This document shows positions 9,999-20,409 of a DNA stretch of 64,000 bases, one piece after another (the stretch's first letter is position 1; the number at the start of each line of letters is the position of its first letter). The translations under genes were made by a program, and so were the position numbers. Origin of the DNA: an uncultured Mucilaginibacter sp. (GTDB lineage: Bacteria; Bacteroidota; Bacteroidia; Sphingobacteriales; Sphingobacteriaceae); assembly GCF_937859865.1 (NCBI RefSeq), contig NZ_CALMAT010000092.1, positions 46,198-110,197 of the forward strand, in the 5' to 3' direction. The notes under the pieces were generated by a model that saw only the letters and a list, made by a program, of their open reading frames with translations, did no database searches and was not told the DNA's origin.

Positions 9999-10026
9999 AA
10001 GCCTCCTGAAACAAATCAGGAGGCTT
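9999..10026 (-). terminator. rho-independent terminator of the symporter gene
   Basis: aagcctcctga-aacaaa-tcaggaggctt; on the minus strand the stem is followed by ttttttg. Confidence 0.8.
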
Positions 10027-10053
10027 AAAATTTATGCCGATAAAAGAAGTATC
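10027..10053 (+). repeat. DRM, forward; right arm of the composite
   Basis: aaaatttatgccgataaaagaagtatc; complementary to 9961-9985 at 24 of 25 positions. Confidence 0.9.
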
Positions 10054-10055
10054 TG

Positions 10056-11741
10056 CTACCAGAACACAGAATAAATAGCAACCAAAATCCCGCAGATAAT
10101 TAAACTTCCGGCCGTAAAAGCAGGCGTAACACGGAACATTTTGGTATCTACTTCCAAAGCGTTTACGCGTAAGCCTTTGCTGTTTTCGATCATGCTGATG
10201 ATGTACATGCCAATGATGCAAATGATAAACACAAAACCCATGCGGTCTAAAAAAGGGATTTCGTAAATGCCTTGTCCGTTATCTTTGGAAAAACCGGTTG
10301 AAGCCAAGAAATGCAAATCAGCAAACTGCGGCAGGAATTTGAACAGTACAGACAAGGCAAAACCGCCAATCGTAGCAAATAAAGCAGCGTTGGAAGTGGT
10401 TTTCCGCCAGAAGAAACCCAGCAAAAACATCGCAAAAATACCCGGCGATACAAAACCTGTATATTCCTGGATGTATTGGAAACCTTGTTTGCCTTCGCCC
10501 ATTAAATTATTACCGATTAATAAGGATAAGATCACGCCTAAAACCATGGCCACCACTACCGCAAATTTCCCCAATAAAACCAAGTTGCCTTCGCTTGCAT
10601 TTGGGCGGATCACTTTTTTATAAATATCCAAGGTAAAAATAGTGGCAATACTGTTTGCTTTACCAGCTAATGAAGCAACGATAGCTGCAGTTAAGGCAGC
10701 AAAAGCTAAACCTTTCATCCCAACAGGCAACAAATTTAGAATGGCCGGATAGGCTTTGTTCACATCGGTAGCGCCGGTTGAAGTCAGCATTTCTGTATGA
10801 AACATGCCTTTTTGGTACAACACATAGGCCGCAATCCCGGGGATTACCACGATCACGGGCATTAAAATTTTAAGGAAAGCGGCAAAAAGCAAACCGCCGC
10901 GGGCTGTTTTTAAGTCGGCGCCCAAAGCACGTTGCGTAATGTACTGGTTACAGCCCCAATAGTTTAAGTTGGTAATCCACAAGCCGCCCAGTAAAACACT
11001 CAGTCCGGGCAAATCCATATAATTAGGGTTATCGCGTTTAAAGATCATATGGAAGTGATCACCGGCTTCGCTGGTTAACAACTTTAATCCGTTAACTAAA
11101 CCTGTTGTACCAGCTTTCTCACTTACTAAATTTAAAGCGATATAAGAAGCAACCAACCCGCCAAGTATCAAAAAGAAAACCTGGATTACATCGGTATAAC
11201 CTATTACCTTCATTCCGCCCAAAGCAATGACGATAGAAAATACAGCTAGCAGTATGATACATAAAACCACATTAAAGCCGGATATTCCGCTGATAGCCAG
11301 CGCACCAAGATATAATATCGACATTAAATTTACCACAATATACAGCAACAACCAGAAGATAGCCATGATCATGGCCACCGTGCCGTTGTACCGCTGGTGC
11401 AGGAACTGCGGCATGGTAAAAATTTTATTTTTGAGGTAAACCGGGATAAAAAACACGGCGACAATAACGAGCGTTAAGGCAGCCATAAATTCGTAAGAGG
11501 AAATGGCCAGGCCCATTTTGAAGCCGGAACCACTCATGCCGATAAATTGTTCGGCAGAAATATTGGAAGCAATTAACGAAGAACCGATCGCCCACCAGGT
11601 TAAAGAACCTTCGGCCAAAAAATAATCTTTAGAAGAAGAAACAGCCGTTTTTTTGCGTTGGTAAACCCACCAACCATACAAGGCTACAATTAAAAAGTAA
11701 ATCAGGAATACCGCGTAATCCGGCGTTTGAAGTCTATTCAT
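10056..11741 (-). CDS. sodium:solute symporter (SSF/SGLT family)
   Basis: 561 aa polytopic membrane protein with SSF signatures (DYFLAEGSLTWWAIGSSLIASNISAEQFIGMSG). Confidence 0.85.
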   Translation of the reverse strand: MNRLQTPDYAVFLIYFLIVALYGWWVYQRKKTAVSSSKDYFLAEGSLTWWAIGSSLIASNISAEQFIGMSGSGFKMGLAISSYEFMAALTLVIVAVFFIPVYLKNKIFTMPQFLHQRYNGTVAMIMAIFWLLLYIVVNLMSILYLGALAISGISGFNVVLCIILLAVFSIVIALGGMKVIGYTDVIQVFFLILGGLVASYIALNLVSEKAGTTGLVNGLKLLTSEAGDHFHMIFKRDNPNYMDLPGLSVLLGGLWITNLNYWGCNQYITQRALGADLKTARGGLLFAAFLKILMPVIVVIPGIAAYVLYQKGMFHTEMLTSTGATDVNKAYPAILNLLPVGMKGLAFAALTAAIVASLAGKANSIATIFTLDIYKKVIRPNASEGNLVLLGKFAVVVAMVLGVILSLLIGNNLMGEGKQGFQYIQEYTGFVSPGIFAMFLLGFFWRKTTSNAALFATIGGFALSVLFKFLPQFADLHFLASTGFSKDNGQGIYEIPFLDRMGFVFIICIIGMYIISMIENSKGLRVNALEVDTKMFRVTPAFTAGSLIICGILVAIYSVFW

Positions 11742-11874
11742 ATTTTTAACTTAGGTTTGAGGGTGTCAATTTAACAATTATAAATAATTATTGAGGGAAT
11801 ATTTTGATAAACTTATGGCAACTACTTTTAGGCATAACTTTTACATTACAGGAAATATAACAAATCATTTCGCT

Positions 11875-11900
11875 AAATTTTTGCCTATAAAAGAAGCATA
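11875..11900 (+). repeat. DRM, forward
   Basis: aaatttttgcctataaaagaagcata; abuts the sucB terminator. Confidence 0.8.
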
Positions 11901-11904
11901 TATA

Positions 11905-11935
11905 AAAAGAGGCCCAAATTTTTCGGGCCTCTTTT
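11905..11935 (-). terminator. rho-independent terminator of sucAB (bidirectional shape)
   Basis: aaaagaggccc-aaattttt-cgggcctctttt. Confidence 0.8.
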
Positions 11936-11955
11936 ATCACTGTTAAAATTTCGTT

Positions 11956-13569
11956 CTATACGCCAAGCAGCAATCTTGCCGGGTCTTCCAGCAATTGTTT
12001 TACGCGGACTAAGAAACTTACCGATTCTCGTCCGTCCACAATCCGGTGATCGTAGGACAAAGCCAGGTACATCATTGGGCGGATAACCACTTGCCCGTTT
12101 ACCGCCACTGGCCGCTCAATAATATTGTGCATCCCTAAAATAGCAGATTGCGGCGAATTGATAATCGGTGTAGATAACATCGAACCAAAAACACCGCCGT
12201 TGGTGATGGTAAAGGTTCCGCCAGTCATTTCATCAATCGTTAATTTGCTTTCGCGCGCTTTGCCAGCCAGTACCACAATCGCTTTTTCAATTTCTGCCAA
12301 ACTCATGGCATCAGCATTGCGAATGATCGGCACAACCAAACCTTTTGGCGCAGAAACCGCGATGGAAATATCGGCAAAATCGTTGTAAACTACTTCTTCG
12401 CCTTCGATGCGTGCGCCAACTGCCGGCCAATCTTTCAAAGCTTCGGTTACGGCTTTCGTAAAAAACGACATAAAGCCTAAACCAACACCGTACTTTTCTT
12501 TGAATTTATCCTTGTATTTAGAACGTAACTCCATGATCGGCTGCATATCTACCTCGTTAAAAGTAGTGAGCATGGCCGTTTCATTTTTTACAGAAACCAA
12601 TCGTTTAGCAACTGTTTTGCGCAGTGATGACATTTTCTCACGACGTTCTCCCCTGCTTCCGGCAACTGCTGGCTGTGCCTGAACAACAGGTTTTGCCTGG
12701 GCCGGCGCAACTGGTTTGCTTTCTGTTTTTGCAACTGGTTTTGGGGCTTCTGCTTTTAAGGCGTCTTCTTTCGTGATCCTTCCGGCAACACCGTTTCCGT
12801 TGATGTTTTTCGGATCTAATCCTCTTTCAGCCAAAATTTTTGCTGCCGCTGGCGAAGGAACGCCTGAAGCATACGTTTTAGGTTGATTGGCACCATCGGC
12901 AGAAATTGCTGCATGTTCCTCTACTTCTTTTACCGGTGTTTTTTCAGTTTGCGGTGCACCGGCACCGGCTTTAATTTTAGCAACCAAAGTGCCGATTGGC
13001 AAAACATCGCCTTCTTTAACCAAAGTTTGAAGCGTTCCTGCACTTTCGGCGTTCAGTTCAAATGTAGCTTTGTCTGATTCCAGTTCGGCAATCGGCTCGT
13101 CCATTTCTACCTGCTCGCCGTCTTTTTTAATCCAATTGGTCAACGTAACTTCTTGAATGGATTCGCCAACCGGCGGAATATGGATTTCAATTTCTGTGGA
13201 AGCTGATGTTTCTGCCTTTGCAGGTTCCGCTTTCGGTGCTACTGCTGTTTCCGCAGCTACCGTTTTGGTTGTGTCTGCTGATGCTTCTTTTACCGATACT
13301 TTTTCGGCAACAGGTGCGGCAACGGTTTCGCCATCACCAGAATCAATGCTGCAAACCACAGCGCCAATTGCCAGTACATCGCCTTCTTTGGCAGTGGTCC
13401 GAAGTGTTCCGGCTGCTTCGGCAGTTAATTCAAACGTAGCTTTGTCTGATTCCAGTTCGGCAATCACATCATCCATTTCTACATGGTCACCATCATTTTT
13501 TACCCAGTTTGATAAGGTAACTTCAGAAATGGATTCGCCCACCGGCGGAACTTTAATCTCTAAACTCAT
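11956..13569 (-). CDS. sucB: dihydrolipoyllysine-residue succinyltransferase (2-oxoglutarate dehydrogenase E2) with two lipoyl domains
   Basis: Two [11 protein letters not shown] lipoyl-attachment motifs, a PSBD region and a C-terminal catalytic DHRIVDG. The ATG at 13569 (MSLEIKVPP) is preferred over the track start. Confidence 0.9.
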   Translation of the reverse strand: MSLEIKVPPVGESISEVTLSNWVKNDGDHVEMDDVIAELESDKATFELTAEAAGTLRTTAKEGDVLAIGAVVCSIDSGDGETVAAPVAEKVSVKEASADTTKTVAAETAVAPKAEPAKAETSASTEIEIHIPPVGESIQEVTLTNWIKKDGEQVEMDEPIAELESDKATFELNAESAGTLQTLVKEGDVLPIGTLVAKIKAGAGAPQTEKTPVKEVEEHAAISADGANQPKTYASGVPSPAAAKILAERGLDPKNINGNGVAGRITKEDALKAEAPKPVAKTESKPVAPAQAKPVVQAQPAVAGSRGERREKMSSLRKTVAKRLVSVKNETAMLTTFNEVDMQPIMELRSKYKDKFKEKYGVGLGFMSFFTKAVTEALKDWPAVGARIEGEEVVYNDFADISIAVSAPKGLVVPIIRNADAMSLAEIEKAIVVLAGKARESKLTIDEMTGGTFTITNGGVFGSMLSTPIINSPQSAILGMHNIIERPVAVNGQVVIRPMMYLALSYDHRIVDGRESVSFLVRVKQLLEDPARLLLGV

Positions 13570-13591
13570 ATTTTTATAAAAATTTTTATGT

Positions 13592-16414
13592 TTAATCAGC
13601 ACCGGCGTTGGCCATATGCGCTGTTGTTTCTTCCACTTCTTGTTTCACTGCTTTTCCGGCCGGCGCTTCAAAAGCTTTGCTTACAATGTACAACTGTTGT
13701 GCCGTATGCTGTTTGGCATAGCCGGTTGCCGTGCTGCTGCCTTCTTTGCGCGAAATCACATCAAATTCCAGTTCGGTATGGCGCAATTTCCGGCATAAAT
13801 ACGGCCAAGCGCCCATGTTTTCCGGTTCTTCCTGAACCCAAATCCAGCTTTCGGCTTGGTTGTATTTCGCTTTTATTTTTTGCATTTGAACAATTGGCGT
13901 TGGGTACAACTGCTCTAACCGGATAACCGCCACATCTTTACGCTGGTCGGTTTGCTGTTTTTCCAACAAATCGTAATAGATTTTCCCCGTGCAAAACAAC
14001 ACGCGTTTTACTTCGGCTGCATCTGCAAACTTGTCATCAATCACTTCCTGGAATTTTCCTTCTGTAAATTCCGTGATGTTAGAAACGCACTGCGGATTAC
14101 GCAGCAAACTTTTTGGCGTAAAAACCACCAGCGGTTTACGGAATTCATTTTTGATTTGCCGGCGTAAAATATGGAAAAAGTTGGCCGGCGTTGTACAATC
14201 CGCAACCTGAATATTGTTCTCCGCACAAAGTTCCATAAAACGTTCGATCCTTGCCGATGAATGTTCCGGCCCTTGTCCTTCGTAACCATGCGGTAGCAAC
14301 ATTACCAAACCATTGCCACGCTGCCATTTGGTTTCGGCACTGGCAATATATTGGTCAATAATAATTTGCGCACCGTTTGCAAAATCGCCAAACTGTGCTT
14401 CCCAAATGGTTAAAGCGTTTGGATTAGCTAAAGCATAACCATAATCAAAACCTAAAACACCATATTCGGAAAGGTGCGAATTGTAGATTTTAAAATCCGC
14501 CTGCTGAGCAGAAATATTGCGCAAAGGCACGTATTCTTCTTCCGAATCTTCTAAGGTTAAAACAGCATGACGGTGCGAAAATGTCCCTCTTTTTACGTCT
14601 TCTCCGCTTAAACGGACCACGTGGCCTTCGTTCAGCAACGTGCCGTAAGCCATCAGTTCGCCCATGGCCCAATCAAAAGTTTTGGTTTCATTCACCATTT
14701 TCTGGCGGTCTTGAAACAGCTTTTCGATCTTTTTAAAAAACTGCTTTCCTTGGGGCAATTCCGTGATTTTCTGGCCGATCATTTCAAATTCTTCCGCAGA
14801 AACCGAAGTATTCGGCGAAGCCAGAAAATCTTTTTCTGATGCCATGCGCAGCCCTTTCCAGGCACCTGCAAAAACCGGTTTTACTTCCGAAAACTGCTCG
14901 TCGGATTTAGATTCGTTCAGTTTTTCCTGCAACATGGCGCGGAAATCTTTTTCCAACTGCTTGGCAAATTCTGCATCCACACTTCCTTCGGCAACCAGCT
15001 TTTGATTGTAAATTTCTTTTGGGTTTGGATGGCTTTCAATCGCTTTGTACAACAGCGGCTGCGTAAATTTTGGCTCGTCGGATTCGTTGTGGCCAAACCT
15101 TCTGTAACACAAAATATCAATAAAAACATCTTTGTGGAAAGCCTGCCGGTATTCCATCGCCAAATTAATGGCGTAAGTTAAAGCCTCTACATCATCGCCG
15201 TTTACGTGAAAAACCGGCGACAAAACCGTTTTTGCAATATCCGTGCAATACGTGCTGGAACGTGCATCTTTATAATTGGTGGTGAAACCAATTTGATTGT
15301 TGATGACCAAATGAACGGTTCCGCCAGTACGGTAACCTTCCAATTTCGACATCTGCAAAACTTCATAAATAATGCCTTGACCGGCAACTGAAGCATCGCC
15401 GTGGATTAAAATTGGCGCAATGCGTTTGTCATTGCCGCCATATTTAAAATCTATTTTAGAACGCGTTAAACCTTCAACAACCGGGTCAACCGCTTCCAAA
15501 TGAGACGGGTTTGGACAAAGGCTTAAATGCACCGTTTTTCCGTTTGAAGTTTCTACATCGGTAGAAAAACCCAAGTGATATTTTACGTCGCCGCTGAAAG
15601 ATTCGTGCTCGTCGAAACCTTTTCCTTCAAACTCAGAAAAAATACTTTTATACGATTTTTTGAGGATGTTGACCAGCACGTTTAAACGGCCGCGGTGTGC
15701 CATACCGATCACAAATTCTTCGATGCCCAACTTCGATCCTTTTTCGATCACAGAATCCAAAGCCGGGATTAAAGATTCAGCGCCTTCTAAAGAAAAACGT
15801 TTTTGTCCTAAAAATTTTGTCCCCAAAAAGCTTTCAAAAACAACCGCTTCGTTTAGCTTTTTTAACAACTGTTTTTTTTCATCAATAGAAAAATGCGGCG
15901 TGTTGCGGCTTCTTTCCATTCGTTCTTCAAACCAAGTGATTTTATCTGGGTCGCGCAAATAGCGGTACTCGGCACCGATGGACTGGCAGTAAGTTTGCTC
16001 CAACAAATCGCGGATGTCGCGCAGTTTTGCCGGCCCTAAGCCAACTTCAACACCGGCGTTAAAAACCGTATCCAAATCGGCATCGCTCAAGCCAAAAGTT
16101 GCCAGTTCTTTGCCCGGTTTGTATTTGCGGCGTTCGCGAACGGGGTTGGTTTTGGTGAACAAATGGCCGCGGGTACGATAACCGTCAATCATGTTGAGCA
16201 CATTAATTTCTTTCAAAAAGTGCGTGTTGTCTGCTGATGTCAGGGCAGCCGTTGCATCATCTAATGGCGCAGGTTGCTCCGAACGGCCGAAATCAAACCC
16301 TTCGAAAAACTTTTGCCAGCCAAAGTCAACCGATTCCGGGTCTTGCTGGTAACTTTGATAAAGTGAATCTATGTACGCTGCGTTAGCGTTGTTTAGGTAC
16401 GAAAGAGTATTCAT
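13592..16414 (-). CDS. sucA: 2-oxoglutarate dehydrogenase E1 component
   Basis: 940 aa with full-length SucA similarity ([32 protein letters not shown]). Immediately upstream of sucB. Confidence 0.95.
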   Translation of the reverse strand: MNTLSYLNNANAAYIDSLYQSYQQDPESVDFGWQKFFEGFDFGRSEQPAPLDDATAALTSADNTHFLKEINVLNMIDGYRTRGHLFTKTNPVRERRKYKPGKELATFGLSDADLDTVFNAGVEVGLGPAKLRDIRDLLEQTYCQSIGAEYRYLRDPDKITWFEERMERSRNTPHFSIDEKKQLLKKLNEAVVFESFLGTKFLGQKRFSLEGAESLIPALDSVIEKGSKLGIEEFVIGMAHRGRLNVLVNILKKSYKSIFSEFEGKGFDEHESFSGDVKYHLGFSTDVETSNGKTVHLSLCPNPSHLEAVDPVVEGLTRSKIDFKYGGNDKRIAPILIHGDASVAGQGIIYEVLQMSKLEGYRTGGTVHLVINNQIGFTTNYKDARSSTYCTDIAKTVLSPVFHVNGDDVEALTYAINLAMEYRQAFHKDVFIDILCYRRFGHNESDEPKFTQPLLYKAIESHPNPKEIYNQKLVAEGSVDAEFAKQLEKDFRAMLQEKLNESKSDEQFSEVKPVFAGAWKGLRMASEKDFLASPNTSVSAEEFEMIGQKITELPQGKQFFKKIEKLFQDRQKMVNETKTFDWAMGELMAYGTLLNEGHVVRLSGEDVKRGTFSHRHAVLTLEDSEEEYVPLRNISAQQADFKIYNSHLSEYGVLGFDYGYALANPNALTIWEAQFGDFANGAQIIIDQYIASAETKWQRGNGLVMLLPHGYEGQGPEHSSARIERFMELCAENNIQVADCTTPANFFHILRRQIKNEFRKPLVVFTPKSLLRNPQCVSNITEFTEGKFQEVIDDKFADAAEVKRVLFCTGKIYYDLLEKQQTDQRKDVAVIRLEQLYPTPIVQMQKIKAKYNQAESWIWVQEEPENMGAWPYLCRKLRHTELEFDVISRKEGSSTATGYAKQHTAQQLYIVSKAFEAPAGKAVKQEVEETTAHMANAGAD

Positions 16415-16542
16415 GGAAAATCCAATCAGTGAAACACCACAAAAGTAAGAATTTAATAGAGAAACTGATTAGTTTTGTGGGTTAATTAATTGGAGGCTAT
16501 CAGCTATCGGCTATGCAAATGGGAAACAAGTGCTGAATAGTT

Positions 16543-16568
16543 AATGCTTCTTTTGTCGGCAAAAATTT
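16543..16568 (-). repeat. DRM, reverse
   Basis: aatgcttcttttgtcggcaaaaattt; 129 nt upstream of the sucA ATG. Confidence 0.8.
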
Positions 16569-16600
16569 GGGTTGTGGTTTTGGTGGATGGTTTTATGGGT

Positions 16601-16625
16601 GATGCTTCTTTTATCGGTATAAATT
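16601..16625 (-). repeat. DRM, reverse (direct repeat of the previous copy, 58 nt away)
   Basis: gatgcttcttttatcggtataaatt. Confidence 0.85.
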
Positions 16626-16684
16626 CAGGTTGTTTATAAAATTTTTGCCGCTCAAATATGTTTTCAAAAGCGGTTTAAGCAGCA

Positions 16685-16876
16685 TTATCTAACCGGATAT
16701 TTAGGAATTTCCAGTTGTTTACAAATTGCCCAACAAGTGAGTTTGTTGATGGAAGGGTGCCGCGGTACAGAAGTTTGCTTCGTTCCTTTTTCCCAAATTT
16801 CGTGCTTGCTCCCTTGCCGCAAAAAAATGCAACCGTTAGCTTTTAAATGTGTAATAAAGTCTTTGTACTTTACCAC
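16685..16876 (-). CDS. hicA: HicA-family toxin (type II TA mRNA interferase)
   Basis: 63 aa; LKANGCIFLRQGSKHEIWEKG...VPRHPSINKLTCWAICKQLEIP matches the HicA fold pattern. GTG start, 3 nt after the HicB-like gene. Confidence 0.7.
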   Translation of the reverse strand: MVKYKDFITHLKANGCIFLRQGSKHEIWEKGTKQTSVPRHPSINKLTCWAICKQLEIPKYPVR

Positions 16877-16879
16877 GTA

Positions 16880-17128
16880 TTAAGCATGAATGAGTAGATT
16901 TGACGGTAAAACAATACGTGTTTTTGAAGAACGGACACGGCCAATAGGTTTTTGTTTATACATTTCAACAAATTCCATAAATGCGTCAATTGCATTTTCC
17001 ACTGCTTCTTCTTTTGTTTTACCTTGGGAAATTACATGCGGATATTCTTTAATTTGAGAAGCATAATATCCGGACTCTTTGTCATAATCCAGAATAAATG
17101 TAACCGGTAAAGAATGCGGCTTTTTCAT
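16880..17128 (-). CDS. hicB: HicB-like antitoxin (UPF0150 N-terminal domain only)
   Basis: 82 aa; YYASQIKEYPHVISQGKTKEEAVENAIDAFMEFVE is typical of the HicB N-terminal domain. Paired with hicA. Confidence 0.6.
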   Translation of the reverse strand: MKKPHSLPVTFILDYDKESGYYASQIKEYPHVISQGKTKEEAVENAIDAFMEFVEMYKQKPIGRVRSSKTRIVLPSNLLIHA

Positions 17129-17292
17129 GCAGCAAATATAAGAATAATCAGCCCTTGCAAAAACGCTTTCAACATCATCCTATTGCTGTTTTAAACTGAT
17201 AATAGTACAAAACCTGCTTCTCCAAAATATTTTTCCGAAAACTCTTTTACGCTCTCTAGTCGTTTAATGATAGACAAAGCATTGCCTCACAC

Positions 17293-18897
17293 CTACAACT
17301 CATCAACCTTACTTTTATAAACTGCCGCCTGTTCCAAAATCTTTTCCAAATCATCCGGTTTTAAACGGTGCAGATTGCCATAAATCATTTTTAAGCGCTG
17401 GTTATTAGCAAGCAAATGTTCGTTCCGGAAGAAAAAATCCCAATACAAACTGTTGTAGGGGCATGCTTTTTCGCCATACTTTTTTTTAGGGTCGTAAAAA
17501 CAGTTGCCGCAATAATTGCTCATTTTGTTGATGTAGGCCGCCGAAGCCACATACGGTTTTGTGCCAACGATACCGCCATCGGCAAACTGGCTCATGCCGT
17601 GCGTGTTGGGCAATTGCACCCATTGCATGGCATCAATGTAAACGCCCAAATACCAATCATCCACCTCGTGCGGATTTGTACCCGAAAGCAGGGCGAAATT
17701 GCCGATCACCATCAATCGCTGGATGTGGTGCGCCCAGGCCAAATCCAACGATTGGCCGATGCAATGTTTTAAACAGTTCATTTTGGTTTCGCCGGTGTAA
17801 AACCATTGCGGTAGTTTTGCCCGGTGGTTGAAGAAATTCTTCTCCGCGAAGTCCGGCATTTTGGCCCAATACAAACCGCGCATGTATTCGCGCCAGCCCA
17901 AAATTTGCCGTGTAAAACCTTCTATTTGCGGTAAACTGATTTCTTTTTGGTTTTGCTGCCAGGTTAAAATTGCTTGGTAGATGACTTCTTTTGGCGAGAT
18001 CAATTTAACATTCAACGCAAACGATAAGCGCGAATGAAAAAGCGATTTATGTTCCTGCAACATCGCATCTTCGTAAGTTCCAAAATGCGGCAACAGGTTT
18101 TGGCAGAAGTAATCAATCAGCTTTAAACCTTCTTTCCGGGAAAGCGGAAGAGCAACTTTTCCGGCTTCTACATTTCCAAAATAAGGAACATTGAGGCGGT
18201 CAATCATGCTTTTGATCTCGCTTAAATCATGTTCAAAAACCAAAGGTTCGGGCAAAGAAACTTTATGGTCGAACTTGTTCCGGTTGTCATGGTCGAAGTT
18301 CCACTGGCCGCCAATGGGCTCGTTTCCGTTCATCAACAGCTCGTGCTTTTGCCGCATGTGCCGGTAAAAGCTCTCCATGATCAATTGGTTTTTGCCAGAG
18401 AAAAAATCGCCCACTTCTTCCCGCGAGGTAAAAAAATGTTCGGTATCGTAAACTTTGGTGGCGATGGTTAAAGATTTGCAAAACGTTTTCAGTTGCTCGT
18501 CCAGCCGATATTCGTCCGGCAGCAAATATTCAAATTGTTCAATGCTTCTTTTATCTATGATTTTTTGAAGGTTGCCGTTTAACGTTTGCTCGTTTTCCGG
18601 ATCATCCAATTTGAGGTAAATAATTTCGTGCCCGGCTTTTTCCAACTGAAAAGCAAAGTTGCGCATGGCCGCAAAAAACGCCAGGATTTTTTGGATGTGG
18701 TGCTTTACATACGTCTGTTCCTGCATCATTTCCATCAGCACATAAACCGTTTCAGGTTCTTGCTGCTGAAACCAGGAATGTGTACTGATGAGCTGATCGC
18801 CCAAAATTAATCGTAAACTTTTCAATGATTTATAAACTACTTTATCATACTGCTTGTTCAAAGCAAAATCTGTTTGAAGTCTGCACTGTTCAATCAA
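17293..18897 (-). CDS. FeS-BCP / (6-4)-photolyase-like cryptochrome/photolyase family protein (COG3046, PhrB/CryB type)
   Basis: LRLILGDQL N-terminus and a C-terminal Cys set (NCLKHC, YCGNCFYDPKKKYGEKACPYN) like the 4Fe-4S ligands of PhrB/CryB. Start uncertain: the track start is TTG and there is no in-frame ATG near the conserved N-terminus. Confidence 0.8.
   Translation of the reverse strand: MIEQCRLQTDFALNKQYDKVVYKSLKSLRLILGDQLISTHSWFQQQEPETVYVLMEMMQEQTYVKHHIQKILAFFAAMRNFAFQLEKAGHEIIYLKLDDPENEQTLNGNLQKIIDKRSIEQFEYLLPDEYRLDEQLKTFCKSLTIATKVYDTEHFFTSREEVGDFFSGKNQLIMESFYRHMRQKHELLMNGNEPIGGQWNFDHDNRNKFDHKVSLPEPLVFEHDLSEIKSMIDRLNVPYFGNVEAGKVALPLSRKEGLKLIDYFCQNLLPHFGTYEDAMLQEHKSLFHSRLSFALNVKLISPKEVIYQAILTWQQNQKEISLPQIEGFTRQILGWREYMRGLYWAKMPDFAEKNFFNHRAKLPQWFYTGETKMNCLKHCIGQSLDLAWAHHIQRLMVIGNFALLSGTNPHEVDDWYLGVYIDAMQWVQLPNTHGMSQFADGGIVGTKPYVASAAYINKMSNYCGNCFYDPKKKYGEKACPYNSLYWDFFFRNEHLLANNQRLKMIYGNLHRLKPDDLEKILEQAAVYKSKVDEL
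18541..18560 (-). repeat. DRM core inside a CDS (FeS-BCP photolyase)
   Basis: aatgcttcttttatctatga; on the gene strand it encodes IIDKRSI. Confidence 0.6.
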
Positions 18898-19427
18898 TTT
18901 ATGCTAATAACTAATCTTTTTCCAGCCTCCATCTCTTTATTCCAAACTGTTTCTATATCAGCTAATTTTTCAACCTGTGTTTCTATGATTAGTTTTCTGT
19001 CTGCTGCCAATTGAAACAATTCAGGCAATATTTGGCTATTAAATGCTATCAAATCGTTTTGTGAAAAGCTTCCTAAACCCGAACCCAAAATTTCAATAGG
19101 CGAACTTCTTAATATTCCCGATGCCATGTTAATACTTTCGCCCGCCATATCGCCAACAGCTACTATACGTACAGGATGATTAAACAGGCTTATACTTTCA
19201 CCCAATAATGACTTAATAATTACCTCTATTGGATGTTCCCATAATAATCAACCACAATGTCAATCGGACTGTCCTTATTGATTTCTTTTAATTGTTTAAT
19301 GATTGATTCATCATTTTGTTGAAGTGAAACAATGTGGTCAGCACCTAATCCCATTAGTTTTTTCAAAGAGTTCGCATTTCGTCCGGTAACAATAACTTTA
19401 GCAGCGCCATAATGTTTGGCAACCTAC
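18894..19427 (-). pseudogene. remnant of an MDR-family quinone oxidoreductase/alcohol dehydrogenase (N-terminally truncated and frameshifted)
   Basis: My translation of 19427-19236 gives VAKHYGAAKVIVTGRNANSLKKLMGLGADHIV...IDIVVDY, then a stop. The frame then shifts into the track ORF 18894-19205 (..HPVRIVAVGDMAGE..KRLVISIN). The whole GroES-like N-terminal half is missing, and an in-frame TAG lies immediately upstream of VAKHYG. Confidence 0.65.
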
Positions 19428-19436
19428 ACAGACCCC

Positions 19437-19497
19437 AATTTTTATACGGTAAAAGAAGCATTATAATTTTTGCTTGTACAAATTTAAACAGGCTTTA
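19437..19497 (+). repeat. right-hand half of the MITE-like element (copy C), abutting the truncated pseudogene
   Basis: aatttttatacggtaaaagaagcatt...caaatttaaacaggcttta aligns with the right ends of 29113-29168 and 32621-32675. Confidence 0.65.
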
Positions 19498-19565
19498 AGT
19501 TTATTCAATTGGGTTTTCTGTGTGGCAAAAAGGGTTGGACTTCGCAATCGGCTATTTTTTACAGC

Positions 19566-20402
19566 TTAAAATTTACCACTTCTGAAATCTGTATATGCCT
19601 GCTTAATTTCTTCTTCAGTGTTCATAACAAAAGGGCCACGCGCTACAACAGGTTCGTTCAGTGGTTTTCCTGCGATAAAGATTACCCGCAATTTTTCATC
19701 GGCTTTAATCACTGTTTCGCTTGTTCCGGCTTTTTCTTTTACATTGTCCAATAATAAAACGTCTCCTTTCCCGGCTTTTACCTGGTTGTCTCCGAACGTT
19801 CCCGAACCTTCCAGGATATACATAAAACCGTTGTAGTCGGAAGGCAAATCCTGTTTTGCCGTATGGCCGGGATCAATATTTATTTCTACATAAGTTACCG
19901 GAACATAGTTTTTTGTTGCTGATACAACATTGCCTGAATTACCGGAAATTACACGATAATGAACGCCTTCTTCTTTTCGTACAGGGACATTGCTGCTTAA
20001 AATGTCCTGATAACGGGGTGCTGCCATTTTGTTGGCTTTTGGTAAGTTTACCCATAATTGAAGGAGATGTGTGGTAACGTTTTCAGGTGGCGCTTCCAGG
20101 TGTATAATGCCGCTTCCTGCTGTCATCCATTGTGCGTCTCCCGGTTTTAAAATGCCCGTTCCCCCTTTATTATCCGAGTGTTCTAATACGCCGTCAATGA
20201 TATACGTTACAGTCTCCATTCCGCGGTGCGGGTGAAAGTCAAAAGCATTTTTTTGAAATACGTCCTCTGCCATTATTAAAAAAGGGTCAAATTCTTGCAG
20301 GTTTCCTGACGGTAACACTAAACCTGCCGAATGGATATCACTGTTTTTTTTCAGTGAAACCTTCCAGGTTCTTTTTATTTTTCTTTGAGCTTTTGTATTC
20401 AT
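19566..20402 (-). CDS. pirin family protein
   Basis: HPHRGMETVTYIIDGVLEHSDNKG and GDAQWMTAGSGIIHLE pirin cupin motifs. The ATG at 20402 (MNTKAQ) follows the DoxX stop by 7 nt. Confidence 0.85.
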   Translation of the reverse strand: MNTKAQRKIKRTWKVSLKKNSDIHSAGLVLPSGNLQEFDPFLIMAEDVFQKNAFDFHPHRGMETVTYIIDGVLEHSDNKGGTGILKPGDAQWMTAGSGIIHLEAPPENVTTHLLQLWVNLPKANKMAAPRYQDILSSNVPVRKEEGVHYRVISGNSGNVVSATKNYVPVTYVEINIDPGHTAKQDLPSDYNGFMYILEGSGTFGDNQVKAGKGDVLLLDNVKEKAGTSETVIKADEKLRVIFIAGKPLNEPVVARGPFVMNTEEEIKQAYTDFRSGKF

Positions 20403-20409
20403 TGCTTTT

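Noticed and set aside
10031-10040. ATGCCG shared between this motif (TTATGCCGATAAAAGAAG) and the Neisseria DUS (ATGCCGTCTGAA).
   Set aside because: A six-nucleotide coincidence between unrelated phyla is not evidence of homology. It is noted only as a curiosity.
13064-13465. 30-nt exact direct repeat gtagctttgtctgattccagttcggcaatc at 13064-13093 and 13436-13465.
   Set aside because: It is explained by the two tandem lipoyl domains of sucB ([11 protein letters not shown] twice). This is an intragenic domain duplication, not a separate element.
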